In this document: piece after piece, positions 1 through 10,800 of the stretch
Numbering within the stretch: position 1 is the first letter of the stretch
How the letters are laid out: every line of letters begins with the position of its first letter
IMG/VR virus record: IMGVR_UViG_3300010885_086743
Reading direction: 5' to 3' (one strand)
Source of the DNA: an uncultured virus (IMG/VR IMGVR_UViG_3300010885_086743)
Lineage: Duplodnaviria > Heunggongvirae > Uroviricota > Caudoviricetes
Length of the DNA: 64,000 nucleotides
Notes under the pieces: generated by a model
What the model was told of the DNA's origin: nothing
What the model saw: only the letters and a program-made list of their open reading frames with translations
Database searches by the model: none
Translations under genes and position numbers: made by a program

Positions 1-72
1 AACGTTATATGGCACTTGTAACCACCGCTAAACAGGGAATATTAAAATATTCTTTGCCAGCCGATGTAGCCC

Positions 73-1038
73 CTATAAAAGTTGAAAATCAAACTGGAAA
101 GGTATTGATTTTTGTACAGTTAAAGGGCAATGTACATCAAAATACATAAAACCGTCTACATAATCGATATTATTGTATCTGCCTTGTTTGTAAAAAGTGT
201 AAGAAGCAGAATATACAGACATATCATTTGTTGAATCAGAAGAAATAAAATACATATCAATATAAACAGGAGCTTTGACAGTATCCAAGCCGTTAGGTAA
301 ATAAACTTTTAATTGAAGGCTTGGAGATAAATCACCAGCAGATAATGTATTTTCTATGATTGTATTGCAAATTATCTTAAAATAAATTGTTTTCGATAAA
401 GGGCCTAATCCATTATTATAATATTCGGTATCATCTGTAGAAGAATTTGAGCTAATCAATGCTGGAACCGTTGAAATAACAGGGTTCCCTTGTCTAACTG
501 GCCTTGGGACAGATAAAGATGAATCATCATAACTTCCAATTGAAAATTCAGGCATTTTGCAAGTATCATCAATAATAAAAGAATTGGTTGCATTGAATGC
601 TCTAAAACTCTGTGCTTGAAATTTTTCTGCAAAAAAGTTTAGCTCAGAAATCTTAAAACTATTATCAGCTTTATCAAGAACAATTAATAAAGTATCATCG
701 GATTCAAAGCTATATTTTGTAGATTGAAAATCTATTACATAATCTTTATCTTCTAATGAAAAAATAATATAATCACTATTAATTTCAACAATAGAGTCAA
801 ATTTAAACTTTATCGAAATAAACTGAATATAAGATATATATTTTTCAAAAAATACTTGAATAAAATTATCAGATAAACTTATATTAGCAACTGTTTGTTT
901 TTTCATCAACAGTCTTAAGATGCTATCATTTTGATTTAGTAAATAATTTTTATCTGCAGAAATGAACTCAAATGATAAGTTATTTTCTCCATCAAGTATA
1001 TTTACGATAGGTTTGTTGTTTTCTATTTGCAGATTCAT
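73..1038 (-). CDS. hypothetical protein, probably virion-associated
   Basis: 321-aa ORF, last in the minus-strand structural run, 3-bp gap to the upstream gene. No family motif recognised. Confidence 0.6.
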   Translation of the reverse strand: MNLQIENNKPIVNILDGENNLSFEFISADKNYLLNQNDSILRLLMKKQTVANISLSDNFIQVFFEKYISYIQFISIKFKFDSIVEINSDYIIFSLEDKDYVIDFQSTKYSFESDDTLLIVLDKADNSFKISELNFFAEKFQAQSFRAFNATNSFIIDDTCKMPEFSIGSYDDSSLSVPRPVRQGNPVISTVPALISSNSSTDDTEYYNNGLGPLSKTIYFKIICNTIIENTLSAGDLSPSLQLKVYLPNGLDTVKAPVYIDMYFISSDSTNDMSVYSASYTFYKQGRYNNIDYVDGFMYFDVHCPLTVQKSIPFQFDFQLL

Positions 1039-1041
1039 AAT

Positions 1042-4000
1042 TTATTCCGAAATTAATATATTGTCATTTGAAATGATACGCAGTCCCTTTGGATGAAACA
1101 ATTCATTATTATCACCAAAAGTTGAAATAATTGATCCAGAATTATTTACTAGATGCAACCTTGAATTAGCTCCATAATTTGTTACATCGTCTGTTAGAAC
1201 ATAAAAATTGGAATAGTCTGTTGCTGGTCCTGGAAGAGCTTTTACAACATCATTATTGAAAGTCATCTTTGTTTCAATGTATCCATTAGACAAATTGTAA
1301 ACTTGTAATTTTCCAGTATCTGTTGCATCTAATGCTGGGCTTGCTAAAATCACATTTCCGTTTGGCAAAAGATAAGCAGAACCTAGTTTATTATCATAAT
1401 ATTTGACTATATCTGAAGTTATAGCCCATTGCAGAGTCAAGTCTGTATCATTTTTAAAACACAAGACAGATTTCGAGTGTGGTTGAGCAATTACAACAAG
1501 CGAGTTTGTTTCTTCATATTGAACTGAAATTGGATTATAAATATTAGCATAATATATTGGACCTTGCCACAAATCTAACATAATGTTATCTATTTGAGAA
1601 TTTGGACCATACATAGATGTAGTTGAAATAATACCATCACCATTGTAATCAGTAACTGAGCTTACAACTGTTGTAGTTGTTGGTAGTCCCGTAGTCACTG
1701 TCGAAGTACCAGTAATAGAAGTACTTATTCCAGCTACAAATTGTTCTGTTCTATTAACTGTAGAAACAGCAGATACAGGGAAGGATGCTGAAAGTGAAGA
1801 GTTTGTATTGATCGAATATCCAGCATTTGTAAAGCAACCTATGTCAAGTCTTATTTTTTTAGTTAAAGAATTTTTAATAGCTGTATTGAGTGCTAGTCCT
1901 TCAACTGTTTCTTTGATAGTTAATTCATAAGTTGCAGATGTATTGAAGAGTGTGTCAAAGTAGTTTCCTGTAAGTCTTGTATCATCACCCCTAACTGTAA
2001 TATTGTCGTAAGTTATATAAATTTTTGTTAAGTCTACAAAAGATATATTTTGCGAAAAAGCAATATAGATTTTTCTTGTATCTGGATTGAATGATGCAGA
2101 CAAAGCTACAAAATCTCTAGAAGTAAGTTTAAGTCTAATATTTCCTTGAATAAGTTTTGTAAAATTACCATTTATATCTGTAATAATAATTCTGTCATTA
2201 TTAGTATCACAAATTATATTTCCACCTGTAGAGAGTGCTTGATAATCAGTAGGTGTATCTAAACCATAATTTGTAGATTTTAAGAAAATTTGATTAGGAG
2301 TAAGATAATTTTTTAAAGATCCAGCATCTACTCCATCTTCAATAGTTGACTCTATAACATTGCTTGAAGCTGAAATCAAACTGTTATTTCTTAAGTAAAT
2401 CCAATTTCCAATTTGAGAAGTATCATAAATTCTTAAATAATTAGTTCCATCTGGATTTGTAACTCCATATCCAGCGTTTTTATTATAGTATGCATCGCTC
2501 ACCCAGCCAAACTTTTGGTTTGTTGTGTCAGAAAAATTTCTATCATAAGTTCTAGTTGTAGCACTTCCAACAGCTGAATAATTAATTCTCAAATTATTTA
2601 GTGTAGGGGCTAAGCTTTGATACTCATTAGAATAAAAAGAGAACAACACATCAAAGTATCTTCCTATACTTGAATTAGTGTTTGGTGTTGCTATAATTAC
2701 ATTACTTTCTGAAACTGTCTTGAAGTTATAAAATAAATCAGAATTTACATTAGACCGACTTTGTATTGTGTATTTTGTACCTGTTGGAACATTGATGTCA
2801 TATTGTATTTGATTGAATTGTGTGTTGACATCTCCAGAATCAAATCTTAATAAAAAATTTCCACTTTTATAAGTATATGAATCATTCCAAGTAAACACAG
2901 ATGAAGTTTGATCTGTAGAATTTCTTCTAGCAATAACTAGATTGTCATTAATACCAGCTGGATTTATTTGAGAGTCTGTAGGTGTCAGTAATTCAAATTT
3001 AATTTGTTTTTCAGCATTCCAGCCTTGATCTGTTGAGAAATAAAATCCAAATCCAAGGACAGAAGATTTTAAGCTTTTATCGCCAAAAGAAGATAAGTTT
3101 ACAGATGAATATGTTGCAGTAGATCCAATATATCCGTAAGTAGTGTCATCAAAAATCTTGACATTTGTTACTGGAGATATATAAATTGTTGAAGATCCAC
3201 TACCAGTATTAGGAGCAAAATCTACTTTTTGATCGTATAAAAGGCCTGGATCAGTGCCTCCATTTCCAACGACCAAGAACATATAAATTTTTCCTAAAGC
3301 TGCACCTGTTTCTCCAAGACCAGCTGAAAATCCAAATCCAACTTTTGAATCAAAATCTAAAGATACTGGCTGATTGAAAAGAGTGTAGGCATACAAACTA
3401 GTATCAACTTTGACTTTATTTGAAGTATATGTAGTTGTAAAAACCAATCCTGTGTCCCAAGATCCCGTTGTGTCAAAAATGCTTGAAACTGGTTGCGAAA
3501 GTGTTAAGTAGTTTAAGGGAGTATCTATTGTAAAACTGCCTGTTGTTGCTGAACCTGAAATACTAATATTGCTGAAGAAAGTATTAGCAGTTGATCCCAA
3601 AGAAGATGCTACTGTTTTAGCTTGTAAAAAATCATTCTGTACTACAAAAGATTTATCTCCTACGAAGTTGCTTGAAGTAACAGAACCGCTAATCCCTGAA
3701 CCTGATGTGTTTGGAGCGGTGTCATAGATTGTTGCTAAAGTATATTGACTTGGTACTGATGTAGTTTGCTTAAAATTAGCAGAGTTTCCAGTCGAAGAGT
3801 TTGCTGAAGTGTTTGGATAAATTCCTGGAACATAAGTAAGGGTATTTATTTGAGTTGAGTCAATAAATGTAAATCCAACTCCTCCAGATTTTTTCAATGC
3901 AACTATCATTTGTAGTCTGTTAGCTATTGAAAGATCAGACATCTTATCGTTAGCGTCATTATTTACAACAGCTAATAGGGCAGTTTCTAATTGGTCGTGG

Positions 4001-4707
4001 GTTAGATTGCCTTTATCTTCTAAACTATTATGGTTAATAGTTGGAAGCCTTGCTGAATCTAAAATGCCTGTTGTAATTTTTGAAGCGTCAACAGAACTTA
4101 TATTTTCACTTGTTAATTTATTTTTAACTTCAGAAGACAAATCTATAGGAGAAGGGTTTCCAGATCCACCTACATGTTTGTGATTTTTAACAAGATATGA
4201 AAGAGTTGAAAATAAAGTTATATCTTGTCTGGTAGTTTCAAACAAAGTTATTGCGCTAGATGCTACATTGAGTTCTAAATATCCTAAAGATATATAATTT
4301 ACTGTGTCATTTATTTCAGTTAAAGATGCTACGAAATCTACGTCTCCAGTTATAGCAGTGTTTGCATTTTCATAAGCGTATATATAAACTTTTGACAAAC
4401 CTACTGTTGTGGGGATTGTTGGTAATGTAACATCTTTGGAGTCTGTGGTTTTTCCAGCTTTATAAGAAACAAATCCTTTGCCAGAAGTAATTGTAATTTT
4501 TGTTAATTTAAACTCGTTTGAATAAGTTTGAATACGCCAAGATGGGACAAGTGGATCATCTTCAATAATTCCATTTTTGAAGATTTGATAAAGATTGTAC
4601 ATTTGGTTTTCGATAGCTTTAAATCGAAGCTCATCTAAATCAATGTTTTCTGAAAGGTCTTGGTTTGGTTCAATGTATCCAAACCCGTAAATTGGTGTAT
4701 TTCCCAT
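1042..4707 (-). CDS. large virion/tail protein with C-terminal beta-propeller (NHL-like) repeats
   Basis: 1221 aa, S/T/G-rich. Has HKHVGG..SPIDL and DASKITTGILDSARLP tail-fibre-type segments and propeller-like blades (ICDTNNDRIII, NPISVQ, SAYLLPNGNVIL, HPKGL). Confidence 0.6.
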   Translation of the reverse strand: MGNTPIYGFGYIEPNQDLSENIDLDELRFKAIENQMYNLYQIFKNGIIEDDPLVPSWRIQTYSNEFKLTKITITSGKGFVSYKAGKTTDSKDVTLPTIPTTVGLSKVYIYAYENANTAITGDVDFVASLTEINDTVNYISLGYLELNVASSAITLFETTRQDITLFSTLSYLVKNHKHVGGSGNPSPIDLSSEVKNKLTSENISSVDASKITTGILDSARLPTINHNSLEDKGNLTHDQLETALLAVVNNDANDKMSDLSIANRLQMIVALKKSGGVGFTFIDSTQINTLTYVPGIYPNTSANSSTGNSANFKQTTSVPSQYTLATIYDTAPNTSGSGISGSVTSSNFVGDKSFVVQNDFLQAKTVASSLGSTANTFFSNISISGSATTGSFTIDTPLNYLTLSQPVSSIFDTTGSWDTGLVFTTTYTSNKVKVDTSLYAYTLFNQPVSLDFDSKVGFGFSAGLGETGAALGKIYMFLVVGNGGTDPGLLYDQKVDFAPNTGSGSSTIYISPVTNVKIFDDTTYGYIGSTATYSSVNLSSFGDKSLKSSVLGFGFYFSTDQGWNAEKQIKFELLTPTDSQINPAGINDNLVIARRNSTDQTSSVFTWNDSYTYKSGNFLLRFDSGDVNTQFNQIQYDINVPTGTKYTIQSRSNVNSDLFYNFKTVSESNVIIATPNTNSSIGRYFDVLFSFYSNEYQSLAPTLNNLRINYSAVGSATTRTYDRNFSDTTNQKFGWVSDAYYNKNAGYGVTNPDGTNYLRIYDTSQIGNWIYLRNNSLISASSNVIESTIEDGVDAGSLKNYLTPNQIFLKSTNYGLDTPTDYQALSTGGNIICDTNNDRIIITDINGNFTKLIQGNIRLKLTSRDFVALSASFNPDTRKIYIAFSQNISFVDLTKIYITYDNITVRGDDTRLTGNYFDTLFNTSATYELTIKETVEGLALNTAIKNSLTKKIRLDIGCFTNAGYSINTNSSLSASFPVSAVSTVNRTEQFVAGISTSITGTSTVTTGLPTTTTVVSSVTDYNGDGIISTTSMYGPNSQIDNIMLDLWQGPIYYANIYNPISVQYEETNSLVVIAQPHSKSVLCFKNDTDLTLQWAITSDIVKYYDNKLGSAYLLPNGNVILASPALDATDTGKLQVYNLSNGYIETKMTFNNDVVKALPGPATDYSNFYVLTDDVTNYGANSRLHLVNNSGSIISTFGDNNELFHPKGLRIISNDNILISE

Positions 4708-4934
4708 TATTTAATTTCTTGAGGTTTATAATCTGCAGTTACTTTTTCAACGCCCCAGTTTGCATATCCCCAACGCAAAACATCTAAATCGTTTACATTT
4801 GAAGTATTATTGGTATTTATTATTTGTAATTGTTGAGAAACATTGGATCTTAAAGACAAACCACTATTGATAATAATTTGATTTTGTCTTATCTGATCAT
4901 TGATTACGAATGATAGAGATTGGAAAAGTGGCAT
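4707..4934 (-). CDS. small hypothetical protein
   Basis: 75-aa ORF filling the gap between two large genes. Its stop overlaps the next start (TAATG). Confidence 0.6.
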   Translation of the reverse strand: MPLFQSLSFVINDQIRQNQIIINSGLSLRSNVSQQLQIINTNNTSNVNDLDVLRWGYANWGVEKVTADYKPQEIK

Positions 4935-4938
4935 TTTA

Positions 4939-7794
4939 TTATAAATCCTTTATCAATATTGGTATATTAATTCCTTCTACATTTGCTGTTATAAAATTTT
5001 GTTGTTTATTATAGGAATATGTTATTCTTTCATATATATATAAATCAGTTGAGTTCACGCTATTACCTAAGAATACTTTGATCTTAAATTTTCCATGAAA
5101 TGTTAATGGCTTGGTTACATAGCAATCAAAAGAAATTCGACTAATTGGTGTTCTAATAATTTTTTGATATTGATTAGTCATATTTCTCAAAACAGTTTGA
5201 TCTGGTATTTGATTTCTTTGAAAACTAGAAACAAAATATTTTTTAAATCCTACATAAGGAGCTTGTTCTGCATTTTTAGGGGCTTGAGATAAATATTTTA
5301 ATAATTTTATTTTGTCTTTAAGACTAATGTTATCTACAGAAACTGCATCAGGAAAATACCTTTCATCTGCTAAAAATCCTGTTATTGAAGATCCAAATAC
5401 TCTCAATCCTGCTGACAAAGTATTCATATCTGTAGTAATTCTGTATTCACTTGTTAATAGTCCATGCATATCACGATTAAAATTTTTCATAAAATTTGTG
5501 TAATCCTGATCATTGCTATTAAAGATATATCCATTTCCATTTGTATTCAAACCAGTAAATTTCAAATCTTCATCTACTGTATTGTTTCTGCTTTCTAAAA
5601 TAAGACCAGTTCTCTCAGCCCATCTAAAGGTTGGTAATGCATCAGGGGTGTTTAGTCTTTCTAATAATTGGCCTAGTTTGTCATATATCTTATCTAGTGG
5701 ATTCAGTTTAATTAAGTCTTGATTATTGACAGAAGAACTATTAAGTCTTAGATTCATACCGTCTATACCACTGTTATTTCGTAAATAATATGACCAAAAA
5801 CCTGAACAAGCCATAATGCTATCAATTGCATAATCATGTCTCATTCCAGCAATCATCATATTTTTATCAAAATAAATATTATCTAAAACATATGATGCTA
5901 TGTCTTGACAGGTTAAGGTGAAAGTACTATCATTGCCTTTTCTGGAATAAGTTGCGTTTGTAATAAATCCTTGAAAAAATGGGGATAAAGGTTCTGTGTA
6001 CCCAGCGTCTATAGAAACACAAAGTAAATTATTTTCTATAGCGTCTATATAGGGCTGACCTTCCTCAGAATCTATATTTTTAAGAACTATAGTTGCAGTT
6101 TTACCAATCCTTGATAAATTTGATAATCTTGCATCACAATTCACAGTCCAACTCTCAACCCACCAAGTTATATCTCCAACATCGTAGAAAAGTTGATTTC
6201 CTTGAGGGTTTACAAATGTGTAATCTCCATCTTTATATGCACCGAAATTTGGGTTGCCTTCTCCACCTAGCACTCCTGGATGAGGCATTTCAACTTGCAT
6301 TAAAGCAGGACCTTCAATTGTGGTGTTGAATATCATTTTGAAATATATAGTTTTTTTATCAGCATCTGCTCCTTGATACTTTGCATATTTCCAAGGTATA
6401 GGACTAACAAATTGATTTCCAATCAATCTCAAGTCAGCAAAATATGATATGTTTTTATCTTTTGGATTTAATGCGTTGTATCCATTAGTTCTGGGGTTGT
6501 CATTAATTCTATAAGATGCAGCTTCAAAAGATTTTTGAGTAGCCTTTAATAAATTTGTTGGATCTGGAATTTTCTTTTTTGAATATTTAAATTCACCAAT
6601 CATATAATTTTGTCTAGAACCTAAATTTTGATTATTATTAAAATTATTAAATATTAAAGCAGAATATCTAAATTTTACATTTACATTAGATATAAACATT
6701 CCAATATATGTGCTTGGTGGGCAGAATACTTCACGGCCAGAAAATCCAATTATAGTATTCCATTTTGATACATCTGAAGTAAAACCTATCATTAAGTTTG
6801 GTCCTACAAAATGAACATAGATATCAAATGAAGAACAATTATTTTTGTCAAAAACTGGACCAGATATATCAGATTGAGTTATGTAAGTATTTGTATCTGG
6901 ATCAAGAATTTTTAAAACTGGTTTTTTGTCAATTTGTAATTCAATCCTAAACGAATTTATATAGTCTGGGCTTATTGGATCCGAAGGTGCTACAAAAATT
7001 CTTATTGATGATTTGTCTGTTTGCAAATTTGTTGCTGATAGATTTATATGAAAACTGTTATTTCCATTTATACCCCTAGCACGAATATTATCTTTTGTGC
7101 CATCTGGATTGTAAAGCAATGCTCCATCCTGATAAACTGCATCTTGCGAAGTTGGAAAAATTCTTGAAATTTGAGTTTCAGTATTATAAGAAGTAACTTC
7201 AACTTGAGCACCATAAGTAGGATCTTTTACTGTCCTTATTGTGCCTGTATTGGTTCCAGTTGAGATTGGACCAATATATTTGTATGCTTTAGTAGGAGAT
7301 GTAAATAAATTCCAAATATTATAAGTTGTAAGTATATTTCCAACTTTATTAAATGGAATTCTTGGTACATGTAAACTTAAATCTGTATAGTTTTCATTCG
7401 GAGAAGAAATGCTGCCTTGATTTGGAGTATCTTGAAATTCAACATTATATTCAGGCCCTCTCAACCTATCCAAAATTGGGTCTACTTCTGAAGGGGCAAT
7501 TCCGCCAAAAGCAAAAGTGCAAGAAGATGCTGATATTGCTGTGTTGACCTCAGGAATTCTAGCGTTTTGTAATGAGGATACAACTTGTAATCTACTACTA
7601 TATTTTGGCTCGGAAGTATTATCTTCATTCTGATATATTGAATTAAAGTTATAATTCAAAACTGTTAAATTATCTAGACCTTTTATAGAAGAATTGGCAG
7701 TATAATCTCCAGAAAAAAATCCGCTTTCAGGAGCATTCATAATACTCAAAGAGACTTTTGATCTTAGTTGTCGTGGATCTGCAGAAAGGTTCAT
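4939..7794 (-). CDS. putative baseplate hub / tail-tip protein
   Basis: 951 aa. The C-terminal half has the hub/Tal-like pattern VSIDAGY...FFQGFITNATYSR..STFTLTCQDIASYVL and ends in ITYSYNK..FITANVEG. Tail-gene context. Confidence 0.55.
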   Translation of the reverse strand: MNLSADPRQLRSKVSLSIMNAPESGFFSGDYTANSSIKGLDNLTVLNYNFNSIYQNEDNTSEPKYSSRLQVVSSLQNARIPEVNTAISASSCTFAFGGIAPSEVDPILDRLRGPEYNVEFQDTPNQGSISSPNENYTDLSLHVPRIPFNKVGNILTTYNIWNLFTSPTKAYKYIGPISTGTNTGTIRTVKDPTYGAQVEVTSYNTETQISRIFPTSQDAVYQDGALLYNPDGTKDNIRARGINGNNSFHINLSATNLQTDKSSIRIFVAPSDPISPDYINSFRIELQIDKKPVLKILDPDTNTYITQSDISGPVFDKNNCSSFDIYVHFVGPNLMIGFTSDVSKWNTIIGFSGREVFCPPSTYIGMFISNVNVKFRYSALIFNNFNNNQNLGSRQNYMIGEFKYSKKKIPDPTNLLKATQKSFEAASYRINDNPRTNGYNALNPKDKNISYFADLRLIGNQFVSPIPWKYAKYQGADADKKTIYFKMIFNTTIEGPALMQVEMPHPGVLGGEGNPNFGAYKDGDYTFVNPQGNQLFYDVGDITWWVESWTVNCDARLSNLSRIGKTATIVLKNIDSEEGQPYIDAIENNLLCVSIDAGYTEPLSPFFQGFITNATYSRKGNDSTFTLTCQDIASYVLDNIYFDKNMMIAGMRHDYAIDSIMACSGFWSYYLRNNSGIDGMNLRLNSSSVNNQDLIKLNPLDKIYDKLGQLLERLNTPDALPTFRWAERTGLILESRNNTVDEDLKFTGLNTNGNGYIFNSNDQDYTNFMKNFNRDMHGLLTSEYRITTDMNTLSAGLRVFGSSITGFLADERYFPDAVSVDNISLKDKIKLLKYLSQAPKNAEQAPYVGFKKYFVSSFQRNQIPDQTVLRNMTNQYQKIIRTPISRISFDCYVTKPLTFHGKFKIKVFLGNSVNSTDLYIYERITYSYNKQQNFITANVEGINIPILIKDL

Positions 7795-7829
7795 ATTAAT
7801 ATTATAAAATTTAAAAGTAGTTTATACCT

Positions 7830-10800
7830 TTACCCAGCTATTTGAGTAATTGGGTAAGCAGTTGGGTATTGAGGATCTGTAGCATATCCGCCTGGTTTAG
7901 TAATCGTAAATGAATATGATGATGGTCTAATATTTGAGGCTAATATTATAGAATGATTTCCACCAGCTGCAATATCAAAAGTGCCTTTTACACTCATATT
8001 AGGTAAAACTTGACCATCTTGATATCCAGCTTGTAAACTTAAAGTATTAGAATTGGAAACAGATTGTTCATATCCTAGTTGCCCATAATCGTTCAGTCCA
8101 TAAGGAAAATATAAATTTTCAGATATCGCCAAATATCCAAACTTACCCGTAGAAACTTTCAAGAAATTCTCAGGAGGATTTAAACCAGGATTTGTATCAG
8201 AAACTAATCCTCCGCTGACATTAAATTGAGGTATTTCATTATACGAAAAGAAATAAAGATAAATTGCGTGGTCAAAGTATGGGTCTAAAGAAGCTGTAAT
8301 TACTACTATACTGTTTTCATAAGTTGAGATATCGTAAGCATATCCCCAACCTCTTAGGCTGGACAAACCAGTAAACCACACTATTTGGTTATCGATATCA
8401 TATGATAATCCAGTAACAAAACCAGATAAATTATTAAATCCTACTTCTAATTTAAAAGGATTGAGATAATTTATACTTCCTAATAATGTATCAGGATTTG
8501 GATCTATATTGACAGGAAAGAAACCAGTATCATTTATTCCAGTTTTATTTACGTAATTATGTGTACCTGCAACCCACACTTTTCGATTGTCAGTGAATGC
8601 TAAAATATAAGAGTTGCAAGAAACATCCAAAAAACTATTATTTGAAAGATAACTTGCTCCATTATTTGTCGTAGCTCTCTCAAGAATAGGCTGGAAATTA
8701 TATATATTAGTGCGTGGTAAAGCTTGCCCAAAAATTCCGTTAATATTAGAGCCACAAACCAATAAAACTCTTTTATTCAAAGTTGTATCTTCTGCAATTA
8801 TAGCTGAACAGTAGTCTCCAGCAGAAACTTTAACAACTTTATATTTTGAAGCAAGAGGAACTAATGTAAAAGAATTTTGCTGAGTGATATTTGATGGAAA
8901 GCCAAGTTGTCCATTACTATTTAAACCACTTGCATAAAGTTTTCCATCAGCGTCAACAACAAATGAGTGATATAATCCACTTTCAATTATAGTGTATTGT
9001 TTTGTATCATCAACTAATTGAAATCCATATCTATCTGGAGCATTAGAGTTGCTAGAAATTGCTCCATAAAGAGCTTGTCCTGATGAAAATAATTTATTTG
9101 CCAAAGGATTGAGCACAGTAGAAACATTTACATTTACTGTATATCTTTTTCCTAAGTTTGTTGCTGAAGTAGATGATAATTTTTTAGTGTCAAATACTAC
9201 TAGACTAACAGCAAATATTCCAACAGTACTAAATTGGTTTGTAAATGTTGAATTGAAGCCAGACTTTACACCGCCAATCGACCATTCATAAGTTATATTA
9301 AAACCATCTTCTGGGTCATATGAAGTTGTCCCATCAAAAGTAAAACTATCACCAACCTTAAGTTCTATATACCCTGTAATACCTGGTTCATTCCCAAGAA
9401 TAGCAATAGGGTTTTGATTTGGTGTTGGTATAGGATCTGTAAACACATATACTGTCTTACTTACTAAATTTGATTCTAAGCCTAAATTATCAAATACACT
9501 TAAGGTTATTGTATGATTACCAACACTATCAAAAGATGTTTCAAAAGTTGGAGTGTTAGAGTTTTGATTCACTCCATCTTTGAGCCACTTATATCCATTG
9601 ATAAATTGATTTGTGTCAGTGTCATAACTCCCAGATGAAGTAAATACTATAGGCGTATTTATTCTAATTGATACTATTCCTGAAGGCAGTGTATCTATCA
9701 AGGCAATTGGTTTGTTATTAAGTACTATATAATCTAATGTGGCTGTATTTGTTGCTGCTAAATTGTCAGTGACAACAAGAGATACTTTATATGTTCCTGG
9801 TTGAGAATAAACTGTAGATGCGTTAAATGCATCTGAAGTATTTCCATTTCCAAAGTCCCAAGAATAAATTAGTGGACCACCAACATTATCAGGATCATAA
9901 CTTCCAGCAGCCGAAAAATCTACTGTTATAGGAGCTTGTCTAGTTCTTGATGGTGGATTAGCACTAATAACTGCAACTGGTGGGGTATTCGGAATATTAA
10001 CTTTAACTCCAATATAAACTGAATCACTCCAATCGCCATCATCATCTTGTACCCTTAGTGTGACTACATATGGAGTAAATCTAGCACTAGTAAAAGTATA
10101 TGCAAATGATTTAGTTGTAATTGGTGTGCCAGAAATTCCATTTAAATACCATTCATAATTTACAACTGTACCATCCAAATCATAAGAACTAGAATCAAAA
10201 ATTACAGTAAATGGAGCAATTCCATCTATTGTGTTATTGGTTGGTGTGCTACTTGTGGATATGACTGCAAATGGCTTTCTGTTATTTATGTGTACTAAGT
10301 GTGAAGTTGTGTTTGACAATCCGAAATTATCATAAACTGTCAAATAAACAGTGTAATCTTTATTTCCGTCGCTATAGGACTTAGTTGGATTTTTTTGTAA
10401 TGAATCAGATGTTGTAAAACTAGTACCATCACCATAATCCCAAGACCACTTTGATAATGCGTTTTCAAGATCACTAGAATTGTCTGTAAATGTAATAGGA
10501 TCAAATGTAAATGCGTTGATAGGACTAAAAGAGAAATTGGCTACTGGAGGCTGGTTATTTATAGTGATTTTTTGAACTGAATTGACAGTTTCTAAACTAA
10601 CACCATTTCTATTATCAGTTGCAATTAATTTTGCTGTAAATACTCCTACTGTTTTATATATGTGTGATATAGGAGCAGGATTTACAAATTGAGTTGAATT
10701 GCCATCTCCAAAATCCAATTGATATAAAGTTATTGAACCATCAGGATCATATGAATTTGACACATTGAAAATAAAAGAATCATTTATAACTCCTAAATTT

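Noticed and set aside
9..149. 46-aa plus-strand ORF (MALVTTAKQG...) at the window edge
   Set aside because: Overlaps the 3' end of the 321-aa gene on the opposite strand, has no motif and lacks upstream context.
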